A DNA stretch of 64,000 nt from an uncultured Candidatus Saccharibacteria bacterium (lineage in GTDB: Bacteria; Patescibacteriota; Saccharimonadia; Saccharimonadales; Saccharimonadaceae): assembly GCA_938042065.1 (NCBI GenBank), contig CALISG010000022.1, forward strand, positions 2,049-66,048. The letters are read 5' to 3'. Numbering within the stretch: the first letter of the stretch is position 1; each line of letters starts with the position of its first letter. Below, piece after piece: positions 37,392 through 48,347 of this stretch. The notes under the pieces were generated by a model. That model did no database searches and was not told the origin of the DNA. It was given only the letters and a program-made list of their open reading frames with translations. Position numbers and translations under genes: made by a program.

Positions 37392-37820
37392 CTACTTTGT
37401 TCCCATGATTAGTTTGAATAGCCAAGCGAAGCCATAATCTAGCAAGATAATGACAAGGAATAACGCCGCAGTGAAAACAATCAGCGCGCCAACCATGCCC
37501 CAGGTCGAACGGCGGTCTGGCCAGCGGACTTGTTTGATCTCCTGCCAGGCGCCGCGGAAATAGCCAGCGATAGCGCTGAGCGGATTGCGGCGGCTTTTTG
37601 AGTTTTTTGATTTGCTGGTTTTGCTGGCGGTTTTGGTTTTGGCGCCAGATGGCCTAGCGGTCTTGGTGTTAGATTTCTCGGTTTGCGCGCGGCCAGCTAG
37701 TTCTTTGGCAGTCGCCAGAATGCTCGGCTTCTTTGGCTTTGCAGCTTTGTCGCCAGCAGTAATGCGAGTGATGCGGTTTTGTGATTTTTGCTTTGATTTA
37801 CCTTTTGCGGATTTTGCCAC
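37392..37820 (-). CDS. secE: Preprotein translocase SecE with basic N-terminal extension
   Basis: EIKQVRWP + TM; upstream of nusG; GTG start after GGAGG. Confidence 0.9.
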   Translation of the reverse strand: MAKSAKGKSKQKSQNRITRITAGDKAAKPKKPSILATAKELAGRAQTEKSNTKTARPSGAKTKTASKTSKSKNSKSRRNPLSAIAGYFRGAWQEIKQVRWPDRRSTWGMVGALIVFTAALFLVIILLDYGFAWLFKLIMGTK

Positions 37821-37928
37821 GATAGTGTTTCCTCCCAAATTAAATAGCCTGGTATGTCCCAGACTGTCAAGCTAATTATACGACTGCCGAACGAAAATAG
37901 CAAGCGATTTCGTGTCTTTTCTGAAGCG

Positions 37929-39563
37929 TTAAGATTTATTCTTTTTAACGGCGGGCAGCGAAAAGCTAAATGTTGATCCATGATTAAGGCGGCTTTTGAG
38001 TTTGATCTCGGTTTTGAGCTTGAGAGCGAGTTTGGCAACGACGTAAAGCCCTAGCCCGGTGCCGCTGGTTTCGCGGGTGCGGTAATCTTCGCTGCGCCAG
38101 AATTTTTGGTATAAGTGTGCTTGGTCGCTGCGGCTGATGCCGATGCCAGTATCTTTGACGGCAAAATTGATGGTGTCGTTTTCGCCTGGCTTGACGATGA
38201 TGGTGACGCCGCCCTTTTCGGTATAGCGGATGGCATTGTTGATGAAGTTTTGCAAGACTTCTTTGAGGTAAAGGCGGCTTTGGTTAACCTGGCCGACCTG
38301 CGGTGCAATATCTATATCAAAGGTCAATGATTTGTCAGCGGCTTGCGGCGCGTATTCGGCGTATAGTTCATCAATTAGCGCTTGGACGTCGATGTTTTCC
38401 GGCTCGTCAGCGACACCGCGTTCAGCACGGCTCAAGGTCGAGAGATCGTTGACCATTCGCGCCAAAAATATAATTTGCTCGTGAGCAGTGCTGATGCCAT
38501 TGATTAATCTTTCTTTTGGAATGTCGGGACGCTTAATCATCAGTGAGACATTGCTCAGCGATCCTTCGGCAATAGTTATCGGGGTGCGCAGCTCGTGGCT
38601 GACAACCGAAATAAACTCGTCGCGCTCGTCGTCGAGAGATTTTTGCTTGGTGATATCGCGCAAGATGATTACATAGCCATCGTCGCTAACGCTGTTGGTG
38701 CTGCGAATTGGCGAGTATGTTGCGCCGAGGCGAATGCTTTCATTGGATATTTTGGCAGTTAGATCATCGCGGAATTGCGTAGTTTTGGCGGAATGCAGCT
38801 TGTCAGCGAACTTGAATGGCTCTTTATTATTATCGACAATCGAAATAAAATCGTCAATACATTTGCCAGCGAGATCGGTATTAGTATCAAATAGGTTTAG
38901 TGCCGAGGCGTTGTATAGCGAAATGATACCGTTTCTATCGGTGCTAATAATAGCGTCAGAGAGGTTGTTGACGATAGTAACGATGCGATCGCGCTGCAGA
39001 CGCTCGGCGGTTTGGCTGCGCAAGAGTTCGGCTTGATCAATCGCCTGAGCTGAAATGACCATCTTGACCATGTAGCTTATAATGAGCGTACCCAAAAAGT
39101 GGATGACGATAGACACAACTTGTTTGTCGTCGCTAGCATGAATAATAACACTGCCCGAAGCGGCAACAAACAGAGTTGCAATGCTGATATTGATGCCCGC
39201 CTGACCCAAATAAACAGAGCTAGCTAGCAACAGCGCCGACCAGGTGTAAATCAGCGGCATATCAAAACCTGAAACTGTCAGCACATAAACTAACGCTAGA
39301 ATATGATAACTAATGAGTCCGATAATGTAGCCAGTATGCTGCCGCACCGTGAAAAATTGCCAAAAGCCGATGATGACCCAACAGATATTAACCACGTAGA
39401 AAGCATACATATTCACTGCTGTCGGCTTGCCGAGCGGCGAGAATTGCATGAAGACGCTGTACGCCACTAATAGCAGCGGAATCAAAAGCGCTATCCAGCG
39501 AATAATCTTCATGCGATGCGTTGACGGATCGATGTTTATATAATCTTTGACTTGGCCACCCAT
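37929..39563 (-). CDS. Multi-TM PAS sensor histidine kinase
   Basis: VSHELRTP, NAIRYT, DTGIG, GTGLGL; PAS region. Confidence 0.93.
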   Translation of the reverse strand: MGGQVKDYINIDPSTHRMKIIRWIALLIPLLLVAYSVFMQFSPLGKPTAVNMYAFYVVNICWVIIGFWQFFTVRQHTGYIIGLISYHILALVYVLTVSGFDMPLIYTWSALLLASSVYLGQAGINISIATLFVAASGSVIIHASDDKQVVSIVIHFLGTLIISYMVKMVISAQAIDQAELLRSQTAERLQRDRIVTIVNNLSDAIISTDRNGIISLYNASALNLFDTNTDLAGKCIDDFISIVDNNKEPFKFADKLHSAKTTQFRDDLTAKISNESIRLGATYSPIRSTNSVSDDGYVIILRDITKQKSLDDERDEFISVVSHELRTPITIAEGSLSNVSLMIKRPDIPKERLINGISTAHEQIIFLARMVNDLSTLSRAERGVADEPENIDVQALIDELYAEYAPQAADKSLTFDIDIAPQVGQVNQSRLYLKEVLQNFINNAIRYTEKGGVTIIVKPGENDTINFAVKDTGIGISRSDQAHLYQKFWRSEDYRTRETSGTGLGLYVVAKLALKLKTEIKLKSRLNHGSTFSFSLPAVKKNKS

Positions 39564-39605
39564 AGCTATTATTAGTATAACCGCAAAGGCAATTTATGAA
39601 AAGAC

Positions 39606-40313
39606 TTAGACGATTGGAGTTTGGCGCTTGAGCTGCTGCCGGTGGAGTCGGTAGCGCGTGTCGTAGCGTTCAACTTCGCGCCAAAAGGCTGCGGAGTGAT
39701 TCATATGGCGAGTGTGGCAGAGCTCGTGAATCAATACATACCGAATCAATTCATCGGGTAGCTTCATCAAAGCAATGTTGAGGCTAATCGTTCCGTTGGA
39801 GCTGCAGCTGCCCCATCGGCTGCCGGCGTGGCTGAAGCGAACGCGCTGGTAAGAGAAGCTATGGATCCGAGCTAATTCTTCTAGTAGCGGCGGTAAGTAT
39901 TTTTTGGCGTCGCGGCGCAAGATCTTGATTGCTTCGTCGCGGATTTGCTGTTGAAGTTCTTGGTCTTCAAGCGAAAATTCGGGCGGCAGCTTGACTAGCA
40001 GTTTGCCGCGCATGGTACGAATTTCCGGCTGTTTGATCATCTGTGTCGGCACGATAGCTAATTGATGGGTTTTGCCGATGAGCTGCCCGTCGTGATACGG
40101 CTGGGCGATGGACGAATCTTTGGCTATTTTGCGCAAGTCTTCGCGCGACTGTTCAATAAACGAGCAAATAAACGCTAGCGGTACTAGCCGGCCGCTAGTA
40201 ACGACGAAGCGCCCGTCGGTGCCGAGCTTGATGCGGGTGTAGCGAGTAGCGCGGCGCATGATAGCAATCTCGCCGAACTCCGGATCGTCGATAGTTTGGG
40301 GTTTAGTAGGCAT
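39606..40313 (-). CDS. YgjP/DUF45 SprT-like metalloprotease
   Basis: RWGSCS, YVLIHELCH, NHS..FW. Confidence 0.9.
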   Translation of the reverse strand: MPTKPQTIDDPEFGEIAIMRRATRYTRIKLGTDGRFVVTSGRLVPLAFICSFIEQSREDLRKIAKDSSIAQPYHDGQLIGKTHQLAIVPTQMIKQPEIRTMRGKLLVKLPPEFSLEDQELQQQIRDEAIKILRRDAKKYLPPLLEELARIHSFSYQRVRFSHAGSRWGSCSSNGTISLNIALMKLPDELIRYVLIHELCHTRHMNHSAAFWREVERYDTRYRLHRQQLKRQTPIV

Positions 40314-40318
40314 ATTAT

Positions 40319-40885
40319 TTATTGGATACTGATGCCGCGGCGGCGAACCTCGGGGCGCTGCCTGGCTAAGCTAGTCATTGGCCGGCTAGGACGATTACTA
40401 TCGCCGAGACGAGCTAATACAGTACGCGCTTGAGTTTTGTATGTGTGTTTGCCGCTGATAACGACTGGTTTCTCGATAGCGTTTGGTTCGGTGAAACTCT
40501 TGACGGCGGCATCAAAGTTTATAGTATCTAGCGAGTGGCCTTTTTGAATGCGGCGCCGGCAAGTTGCTTCATCGGTCTGTACCCAAATAATAAGCGGCTT
40601 ATAACCATGCCCCTTGGCCCAGCGTGCAAACTCGGCGCGGCGGACGCGGCTTAAATTGCCGTCTTCATAAATAAAAGTTTGCTTGGTGCGTGCTATCTCG
40701 GCCAAAAATCGCTGGCAGACCTCCTCGCTGGCATTGCTATCTAGGCTGTGCTCGCTAATAAATTGCGAATCAACAAACGGCGCATTAAACATCTCAGAAA
40801 ATTGCTGCGCGAAAAATGTTTTGCCGCTGCCTGGCAAGCCAACCATCATGATAGCGTGCGGATGAGAGATAGAACTAGGATTCAT
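40319..40885 (-). CDS. AAA_33-type P-loop kinase
   Basis: VGLPGSGKT Walker A. Confidence 0.8.
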   Translation of the reverse strand: MNPSSISHPHAIMMVGLPGSGKTFFAQQFSEMFNAPFVDSQFISEHSLDSNASEEVCQRFLAEIARTKQTFIYEDGNLSRVRRAEFARWAKGHGYKPLIIWVQTDEATCRRRIQKGHSLDTINFDAAVKSFTEPNAIEKPVVISGKHTYKTQARTVLARLGDSNRPSRPMTSLARQRPEVRRRGISIQ

Positions 40886-40940
40886 AAAATTATTATAGGT
40901 AATGGAACTTAAAACTGCAATTATGCACTTATGTGGTTTG

Positions 40941-41015
40941 TGGCAGGGGCATGAGGAATCGAACCTCAATCTACGGTTTTGGAGACCGTTATACTAGCCG
41001 TTGTACTATGCCCCT
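40941..41015 (-). tRNA. tRNA-Trp(CCA)
   Basis: AGGGGCA...TGCCCCT-G-CCA; CT-CCA-AA loop. Confidence 0.95.
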
Positions 41016-41050
41016 TTACGCTTTCCTATTATAGCATAGCGAAATGCTTT

Positions 41051-42031
41051 TTAGATATCATCAATGGCGATATCTTTAGGTTGATCTTTTTTGACGCGGA
41101 CGGCACGCTTGAAGCGGCGATTAGCGGTTTCATCAGCAGTATGCGGAATCGGCGGCAGCGACAGTAGGCGTTCGGATTTTTCTTTGTCGTCATCGAGACT
41201 AGAGACAGCTTCCACGAAAAATTTATCAATTAACCATTCGCGCCCCGGCGGAGTTTGCCCGGTGACAGTAATACGCCAGCGCTCGTCGCCCCATTTATCG
41301 ATATTGGTAATTCGCAATGGGTGCGCTAGCATCATCGTGCCCTTTGGAATGGCGGCGATAATTCGGCGGATAGCAGCGACGCCGGCTCGCTTGTCGCGAA
41401 CGAAAATATCAACAGCGATCGTGCGTACACCATGCGGCGTGACGCGGGCGCCAGTGATGTTTTGGTTGTGAACGGTGATGACTTCGCCATTGAGAGCGCG
41501 AATACGCGTCGAGGTCAGCGTGAAGCGCTCGACAACGCCGCTCAAGTCCGTGAATGGATCGAGCTTGACGAAATCGCCTATCTTGTACCAGTTTTCTGAA
41601 ATCATAATCGCGCTAGCGGTCAGGTCGCGCAACACGATACCGATAGTTTGTCCGGCCACCAAAGCAAACATAGCACCAGCACCAATAGCGGCTAGCCCGC
41701 CGGAGGTGCTAGAATTGGCGGCGGTTGGGCTGAGGATTCGCCAAGCGATATAACCAACCGATACTACCACTAGTGTGCGAATGATAGCAATAGACACGCT
41801 CAGGTATGTTTCGGTTTGCCGCAACCGAGTGACGCGCGCTTCGTCTGATTCATTGTCGCTGCGGCGGCCGATACGTTGTGCTATGAAAATCAAGCCGCGC
41901 GCTAGGAACTTACTTAACCAATAAGCAGCAATCATCGACAAAACTAGTACTAGCAGCGAGCGAAAAGCATTCGGCGATACTAGCAGGCTCTTTAGATCGT
42001 TAATTACCGAAGTTGATATTGCACTATCCAT
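41051..42031 (-). CDS. Small-conductance mechanosensitive channel family protein
   Basis: TMs then YKIGDFV, GVVERFTLTSTRIR..NGE. Confidence 0.85.
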   Translation of the reverse strand: MDSAISTSVINDLKSLLVSPNAFRSLLVLVLSMIAAYWLSKFLARGLIFIAQRIGRRSDNESDEARVTRLRQTETYLSVSIAIIRTLVVVSVGYIAWRILSPTAANSSTSGGLAAIGAGAMFALVAGQTIGIVLRDLTASAIMISENWYKIGDFVKLDPFTDLSGVVERFTLTSTRIRALNGEVITVHNQNITGARVTPHGVRTIAVDIFVRDKRAGVAAIRRIIAAIPKGTMMLAHPLRITNIDKWGDERWRITVTGQTPPGREWLIDKFFVEAVSSLDDDKEKSERLLSLPPIPHTADETANRRFKRAVRVKKDQPKDIAIDDI

Positions 42032-42204
42032 GCTTACTATCATGCACCGTTTGCAGCAAAAAATCTATATGTTTTCACGATAATTTTTCACAAAATTTTA
42101 CAAAATGCTTATTTTTGTTGCAATCATAAGCAAAAAAGCGCTATACTGTTAAATGAACAACATAAGGGAATGGTTAGGCTACGGCATGACCGAGTAGAAT
42201 TTTT

Positions 42205-43431
42205 ATGAAGATATTAATGTTAGGGTGGGAACTCCCGCCGCACAACAGCGGAGGTCTCGGTGTCGCGTGTTATCACTTATCTAAGGCGCTTGCTCAGCGG
42301 GGTGCGTCAATTGATTTCGTGCTCCCCTACACTGCAAAGTACGATGATATTGATTTCTTGAATATTTACTCGGCGACCGAGCTGCCGCCATTTCATGGCG
42401 ATAAGGCGTTGAATTCTTATGGCGGCGGCGCAGTGACGGCACGTAATCTCGATGAAGTCCCGGCTGGTGATTTGACGACCATGCGGGGCGTGCAAAAGCA
42501 ATATGTTGGCTATGTCGAGCAGCTGGTCGATCGGATTGACAAGCCGGATGCTATCCATGTCCACGATTGGCTAACGATGGAAGCTGGCATGCGCGCCAAA
42601 CAATTAACCGACGCGCCGCTAATCGTTCATGTTCACGCTACGGAATTTGACCGCGCTGGTGCTAGCGAATTTGGCAACCCTGTCATTCACGAGATTGAAT
42701 ATAACGGTCTAATGATGGCTGACCGAATCATTGCTGTTAGCAATATTACTAAGGGAATTATCGTTCATAAATACCATATTCCAGCTGACAAAATTGAGGT
42801 CGTACACAACGCAATTGATGCTAGCTCGCTGATTAACTACGACTATGACCGGCGGACTTACAAGTACTTAGAATTACTTAAGGATGAAGGCTATACGGTG
42901 GTATCGACAGTGACGCGCTTTACAGCGCAGAAGGGCCTGGTGCAGCTGATGCGCGGTTTTGCCAAGGCCTGCCAGCAGCACGACCGCTTTGCTTTTTTGC
43001 TAGCTGGCGACGGCGAGCAGCGCGACGAGCTGATTCGGATTGCTGCTGACCATGGGGTTGCTGATAAAGTATATTTTACAGGTTTTGTCCGCGGCAAGCA
43101 GTGGCGCGACGCTTATCGCGTGTCGGACGTCTTCGTGATGAGCTCGGTTAGCGAGCCGTTTGGCTTGGCCGCACTAGAGGCGGCACATTATGATACAGCG
43201 CTAATCGTGACTAACCAGTCTGGTGTTGGCGAAGTTCTCGATACGGTTTTTCGTTATGATTTTTGGGATACGCATAAGTTGGCTGATCAGCTAGTGGCTT
43301 TGGCTAAATCGCCGCAATTGCTAAACGATATGAAGCGCGGTATCAAGTCGGAATATGCTCGTATCAGCTGGGACGACGTCGCTAGCAAGTGCTTATCAAT
43401 TTATAGCCGCACTCAGAAAGGAGCCAAATGA
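42205..43431 (+). CDS. GT4 glycogen synthase-like glycosyltransferase
   Basis: MLGWELPP..SGGLG, HDWLT, HATEFDR, EPFGL. Confidence 0.88.
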   Translation: MKILMLGWELPPHNSGGLGVACYHLSKALAQRGASIDFVLPYTAKYDDIDFLNIYSATELPPFHGDKALNSYGGGAVTARNLDEVPAGDLTTMRGVQKQYVGYVEQLVDRIDKPDAIHVHDWLTMEAGMRAKQLTDAPLIVHVHATEFDRAGASEFGNPVIHEIEYNGLMMADRIIAVSNITKGIIVHKYHIPADKIEVVHNAIDASSLINYDYDRRTYKYLELLKDEGYTVVSTVTRFTAQKGLVQLMRGFAKACQQHDRFAFLLAGDGEQRDELIRIAADHGVADKVYFTGFVRGKQWRDAYRVSDVFVMSSVSEPFGLAALEAAHYDTALIVTNQSGVGEVLDTVFRYDFWDTHKLADQLVALAKSPQLLNDMKRGIKSEYARISWDDVASKCLSIYSRTQKGAK

Positions 43432-44654
43432 TGAGTAAAAAACGCGGAGTGGTTTTGTATCTGCATATGCATCAACCGTGGCGGGTTCGCGAATATTCGG
43501 TGTTTGATATCGCGGATCGGCATGATTATTTCGATAATTTCGATGATAAATATCGCAGCAACCGCTTTATTTTTGAGAAAGTTGCTGATAAGTCGTACCG
43601 GCCGATGCTGGCATTGCTGCGCAAATTACTGGCTGCGTATCCAGATTTTTGCGTGTCGCTATCGGTGACTGGTACATTGTTAGACCAGGCTGAGCGCTGG
43701 GCGCCAGACGTGATCGATTTGCTGCGCGATATTATCGCAACTGGCCGCGTCGAAATCGTCGGCGAAACTTATTACCATAGCTTAGCGTTTTTCTATAGCC
43801 GCGATGAATTTCAGCGGCAAGTTGATATTCATCGCCAGAAGATTCACGATCTGTTTGGCGTCGAAATCACCGCTTTTCGCAATACCGAGCTGAGTTACAA
43901 TAACGAGCTAGCCGAATGGGCTGACCAGCAAGGCTACAAAGGTATTATCGCTGAGGGCTGGGATAAGGTTCTCGGTTGGCGCAACGCTAATTACATGTAC
44001 CGGCCAGCTGGCGCAAAAAATGTCAAATTATTGTTGAAAAATTACCGTTTGAGCGATGATATCGCTTTTCGTTTTAGTAATCGCGACTGGGAATCGTATC
44101 CGCTGACTTCCCCGACCTATGTCGATTGGGTTGACGCAAGCATGGGCCACGACGGCGAAATAATTAACTTGTTTATGGATTTCGAGACTTTTGGTGAAAA
44201 TATTTGGGCGGACACAGGCATTTTCGAGTTCTTTGCTGACTTTGTTGAGCGTTGGCTGGGGCGTTACAACCATACTTTCTACACGATTAGCGGCGCCTGT
44301 CAAGCGCTAGAAGCGCACGACGAGATTGACTGCCCGCAGACGACTACTTGGGCTGATACCGAGCGCGACTTGTCAGCGTGGCTAGGCAATAGTATGCAGC
44401 ACGAAGCAATGCGCGATCTCTACGCTATGGAAAAGGATGTGCTTGGTTCGGGTGATCTTGGCTTGATAGCTGACTGGCGGCAGTTGACGACCAGTGACCA
44501 TCCGTACTACATGTGTACTAAGTATTTTAATGACGGCGACGTGCATGCGTATTTTAGTCCGTATGATTCGCCGTACGACGCGTTCTTGTATTTCATGAAT
44601 GCGTTGCGCGATGTGCGCTACCGATTGCATGAACATAATATCGCGGGGTATTGA
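43428..44654 (+). CDS. GH57 alpha-amylase
   Basis: HMHQP, ETYYHS, FRNTEL, MDFETFGE, SDH. Confidence 0.92.
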   Translation: MMSKKRGVVLYLHMHQPWRVREYSVFDIADRHDYFDNFDDKYRSNRFIFEKVADKSYRPMLALLRKLLAAYPDFCVSLSVTGTLLDQAERWAPDVIDLLRDIIATGRVEIVGETYYHSLAFFYSRDEFQRQVDIHRQKIHDLFGVEITAFRNTELSYNNELAEWADQQGYKGIIAEGWDKVLGWRNANYMYRPAGAKNVKLLLKNYRLSDDIAFRFSNRDWESYPLTSPTYVDWVDASMGHDGEIINLFMDFETFGENIWADTGIFEFFADFVERWLGRYNHTFYTISGACQALEAHDEIDCPQTTTWADTERDLSAWLGNSMQHEAMRDLYAMEKDVLGSGDLGLIADWRQLTTSDHPYYMCTKYFNDGDVHAYFSPYDSPYDAFLYFMNALRDVRYRLHEHNIAGY

Positions 44655-46594
44655 TGGCGCGACCGATAATTCTTAGCAATAATGAACTGCAAGTTGGACT
44701 GAGTCGTCATGGCGAGGTTAGCGATGTCTATTTCCCTTACGTCGGTTTAGAAAACCATACGATTGGCGGTAATACTCGGCATCGTGTCGGTGTTTGGGCG
44801 GATGGCCGCGTATCGTGGCTGAGCGACGATGGCTGGTCATTCAAATTTAGCTATCACCACGAGGTGCTGATCGGCCATATCGTGGCTGTGAATGAACAAA
44901 TTGGCATTATGCTAGAGTTCGATGACGCGGTTGATACAGATTTTAACGTGCTTCTGCGGACGATTCATGTGGTTAATTTGCGGCCTGAAACGCGCGATGT
45001 TCGGTTGTTTATGCATCAAGCTTTCATTATCGGTGATTCTGGTAGCAGCACTGATACCGTTCAAGTGTTGCCAGACGATAACGCTGTCATTCATTACCGT
45101 GGACGCCGAGTCTTTGCGGCGTCGGGCCAAGTTGACGGCGGCAGGTTCTTTGACCAATATGCAGTTGGCGTATTTGGCCGCGAGGGCCGCGAAGGTACTT
45201 ATCGCGATGCTGACGATGGCGAGCTATCGAATTCGACTGCCGAGCATGGCCGCGTCGACTCGACGATCCGCTTCAAATTAGAGTTGGCCGGTCACGGTTC
45301 GGCGCGGGTAAACTATTGGCTAGCCGCTGGTACTTCCCTGCGCGAAGTGCTTTACATACACAAAAATATTATTTCTCAGACAATCCATAAGCGCTTTGAA
45401 GCTACTGCTAAATGGTGGCGGCTGTGGCTGCGTCCAGCGAAGAAAGTGGCGCAGCGTGTCAAACCGGAATATCGCCAGGCGTTTATCAATAGTACGATGC
45501 TTCTCAAGGTGCATATTGATAAGCGCGGTGCTGTTATTGCTAGCAGCGATGGCGAGGCGCTTAATTATCAGCGCGATGCCTACGCATACTGTTGGCCGCG
45601 TGATAGCGTGTATGTTCTCTGGCCGTTAATTCGCATGGGTTATACCGAGGAAGCCTACAATTTCTTTGATTTTTGCCGCCGGGCGTTAAGTCCGAAAGGT
45701 TATCTATCACATAAATACCGTGCCGACGGAGCTCTGGGTAGTAGCTGGCATTCGTACGTACACCCAGATGGCACTGTCTCGGCGCCAATTCAAGAGGACG
45801 AGACGGCTTCGGTGCTGTTCTTATTCTGTCAATTTTATAATAAGACTGGCGACGACACGCTGCTGCAGCGATTCTATACGTCAATGGTAGTACCGATGGC
45901 GAATTTTCTGGCTGGCTATGTTGATAATCGAACGCACTTGCCAAAACCAAGTTATGATCTCTGGGAAGAGCATTTCATGGTGACGACGTACACGACAGCG
46001 ACCGTTCAAGCGGCACTGTTCGCGGCGGCTAATCTGGCCGATCAGCGTCGAGACGAAGTCGGAGCTGTCGCTTGGCGGACGGTCGCCGAGGATATCAAGC
46101 AGTCCGCGCAAAAACGCTTGTACGATCCTCATCAGAAAGCTTTCCGCAAAGGTTTGCGCCGCAACAAAAACGGCACTTACACGCCCGATGATACGCTTGA
46201 TATGTCGGCTGTTTATGGTGCTTTTATTTATGACCTATACGATAATCAAGAAGATTTGCATCAGGTCATACAAACAGCTCTCGACCGCTTTCATTTCAAG
46301 CTGGAAGCGCCAGGTTTGCCGCGCTACGAGGATGACGCCTATTACCGCAGCGCTCCAGATGCTCCGAGTAACTGGTGGTTTATCGTTTCGTTGTGGCTAG
46401 CTCAGTATTATTTGGAGTGCGGCGACGAAAATTCGGCGCAGCGGATAATTTCGTGGGTGGCTAGCCAAGCTTGGCCGACTGGCGTTTTATCTGAGCAAAT
46501 TGATCCGGTTTCGGGGCGCGAATGCTCGGTAGCGCCGCTTTGCTGGAGCCAGGCTGAATTTATATCGACGATTCTTGACACAATAAAAAGATGA
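44654..46594 (+). CDS. GH15 glucoamylase-like hydrolase
   Basis: YAYCWPRD, QEDE, DLWEE, SEQ, PLCWS. Confidence 0.9.
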   Translation: MARPIILSNNELQVGLSRHGEVSDVYFPYVGLENHTIGGNTRHRVGVWADGRVSWLSDDGWSFKFSYHHEVLIGHIVAVNEQIGIMLEFDDAVDTDFNVLLRTIHVVNLRPETRDVRLFMHQAFIIGDSGSSTDTVQVLPDDNAVIHYRGRRVFAASGQVDGGRFFDQYAVGVFGREGREGTYRDADDGELSNSTAEHGRVDSTIRFKLELAGHGSARVNYWLAAGTSLREVLYIHKNIISQTIHKRFEATAKWWRLWLRPAKKVAQRVKPEYRQAFINSTMLLKVHIDKRGAVIASSDGEALNYQRDAYAYCWPRDSVYVLWPLIRMGYTEEAYNFFDFCRRALSPKGYLSHKYRADGALGSSWHSYVHPDGTVSAPIQEDETASVLFLFCQFYNKTGDDTLLQRFYTSMVVPMANFLAGYVDNRTHLPKPSYDLWEEHFMVTTYTTATVQAALFAAANLADQRRDEVGAVAWRTVAEDIKQSAQKRLYDPHQKAFRKGLRRNKNGTYTPDDTLDMSAVYGAFIYDLYDNQEDLHQVIQTALDRFHFKLEAPGLPRYEDDAYYRSAPDAPSNWWFIVSLWLAQYYLECGDENSAQRIISWVASQAWPTGVLSEQIDPVSGRECSVAPLCWSQAEFISTILDTIKR

Positions 46595-46604
46595 GGATAA
46601 CAGG

Positions 46605-47324
46605 GTGGGAGTCAGTTCGAGAACAAAATTGAAAGCATCTAGAGCTCTTCGCCGGCTTACGCCGCGGCATATTGCTAAGACTCGCGCTACGCGCCAAGCA
46701 ATGCGCCGCTTCGCAGATCGCGCTGGCTTGGTATATTTTGGTTACGCTAATCAGCATGACGACGACCATCGCTTGGTGCGCGGCCATACGGTTTCGCACA
46801 CGCATATCGATGATTATCTTTGCATAGGTACAATTCGCGGTTACGATACGACAGTTCTGCAGCGGCGCGACACTATTCGCGTCCGCCAGGGTCAGTCGCA
46901 CAAGTACAAGGATCAACGCTGCCATTGGCTAATCGCTACTGTCGATTTACACACTGAACGTCCGCTGCCGCACATTTATATTGGCATGAAACGGACAGAT
47001 CCGATTTATCAAGCGTCGTACAGTACTCTACAGCCGCTAATTTTGGGGGCTACGGCGCGCTACCTGCAGGCTTTTCTTAATAAATATAATATTTATGGTG
47101 CTGCTACTCGGGCCATAGAGATTGAGTCAATCATATCGCCGCAGGCTGCCGAAGTGATAGTTTCGCATTTCGACAAAATTAATATTGAAATCGAGCGCAA
47201 CACTGTATATTTATACACCGAAAACGAGCGTCCAACCGAGGCGCAAATCGAAAAGCTAGTCTCGAACGCATTGTGGCTAGCCGAGGTAATTGATACTGCC
47301 GTACAGCAAAACAGCCCTCGCTAG
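46605..47324 (+). CDS. Hypothetical protein
   Basis: 239-aa ORF co-oriented with the glycogen cluster. Confidence 0.7.
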   Translation: MGVSSRTKLKASRALRRLTPRHIAKTRATRQAMRRFADRAGLVYFGYANQHDDDHRLVRGHTVSHTHIDDYLCIGTIRGYDTTVLQRRDTIRVRQGQSHKYKDQRCHWLIATVDLHTERPLPHIYIGMKRTDPIYQASYSTLQPLILGATARYLQAFLNKYNIYGAATRAIEIESIISPQAAEVIVSHFDKINIEIERNTVYLYTENERPTEAQIEKLVSNALWLAEVIDTAVQQNSPR

Positions 47325-47331
47325 AGGGCTG
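47312..47331. terminator. Hairpin between convergent genes
   Basis: CAGCCCTC-GCTA-GAGGGCTG. Confidence 0.55.
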
Positions 47332-47357
47332 CTGGCTTGCCTAGAAAGGCTGCTATT

Positions 47358-47570
47358 TTAGCCTTTGCGCGGTTTAACTTCGTTACGGCCGAGTGATTTT
47401 TTGGTATTCTCGACGTATTTGACATGCTTACGCAGTTTTGGGTCGTATTTACTCAGAGTTATTTTATTTGGCGTATTTGCCGTGTTTTTGCTCGTAACAT
47501 AAGTGCGGTCGTTGCTTAATTGGCTGACGAGTGCAATAGTCTTGCGCTTAGTATTATTCTTCTTTGCCAT
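47358..47570 (-). CDS. rpmG: 50S ribosomal protein L33 (Cys-free)
   Basis: YVTSKN, KYDPKLRKHV. Confidence 0.93.
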   Translation of the reverse strand: MAKKNNTKRKTIALVSQLSNDRTYVTSKNTANTPNKITLSKYDPKLRKHVKYVENTKKSLGRNEVKPRKG

Positions 47571-47725
47571 AACTTCCCTTTAATGTTGTTATAAAACTTC
47601 AGTAATCAAGTATAACAGATTGGTGCAGCAATTTCAAGCTAGATGCGTTATTATCGCCGACGCATAATTTTCTAGCGTAAATTTGCAGAAAGAGTTGTTT
47701 TAGCGCGGCTTGGATACTGTGCCGC

Positions 47726-48253
47726 TCATCTCAAAACATACTGCTGCAACCAGCAATACATCGCCACGGTGGCTGCTGCGCCGACATTGATGGAGCGGGT
47801 CGAGCCGAATTGCTCGATGGCGACGATCTTGTCTGCCACCTGCGCCATCTCCTCAGAAATCCCCGGCCCTTCCTGACCGAACACCAACACCGCCCGCTTT
47901 GGCAAGCTCGTCTCTGACATATTGACGCTGCCCGGGATATTGTCAATTGCAATAATCGTCCTGCTTTTAGACCGCATCAGCTCGACAAACTCCGCCGTCG
48001 AACCGACATAATGTACGTGCAGATATTTATCCGTCATCATGGCGCCGCGCTTATTCCATTGCCGCCTGCCAATCACATAAATCTGCCGCACGCCAAACGC
48101 ATTGGCGCTCCTGACAATCGTCCCCATGTTAAAGTCCCGCTCGGTATTTTCCAGAGCAATCACCAAGCCATGATCCTTGGCGTCCAACTCTTTTACAATC
48201 TCCGCCTCGCTCCGGCCTTTGAATTTATCGATTACATTCCGCGTGTCTTCCAT
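47726..48253 (-). CDS. TrmH/SpoU RNA methyltransferase
   Basis: NMGTIVRSA, FGQEGPG, SINV. Confidence 0.92.
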   Translation of the reverse strand: MEDTRNVIDKFKGRSEAEIVKELDAKDHGLVIALENTERDFNMGTIVRSANAFGVRQIYVIGRRQWNKRGAMMTDKYLHVHYVGSTAEFVELMRSKSRTIIAIDNIPGSVNMSETSLPKRAVLVFGQEGPGISEEMAQVADKIVAIEQFGSTRSINVGAAATVAMYCWLQQYVLR

Positions 48254-48347
48254 GTATGTTATTTTAGCAAATATTAAGCTAGCGGGACCGGCTGGCATAA
48301 GTCTGCTCGTCGTTGGTTTAATAATACCTGAAAAAGGAAGCGCGGCA

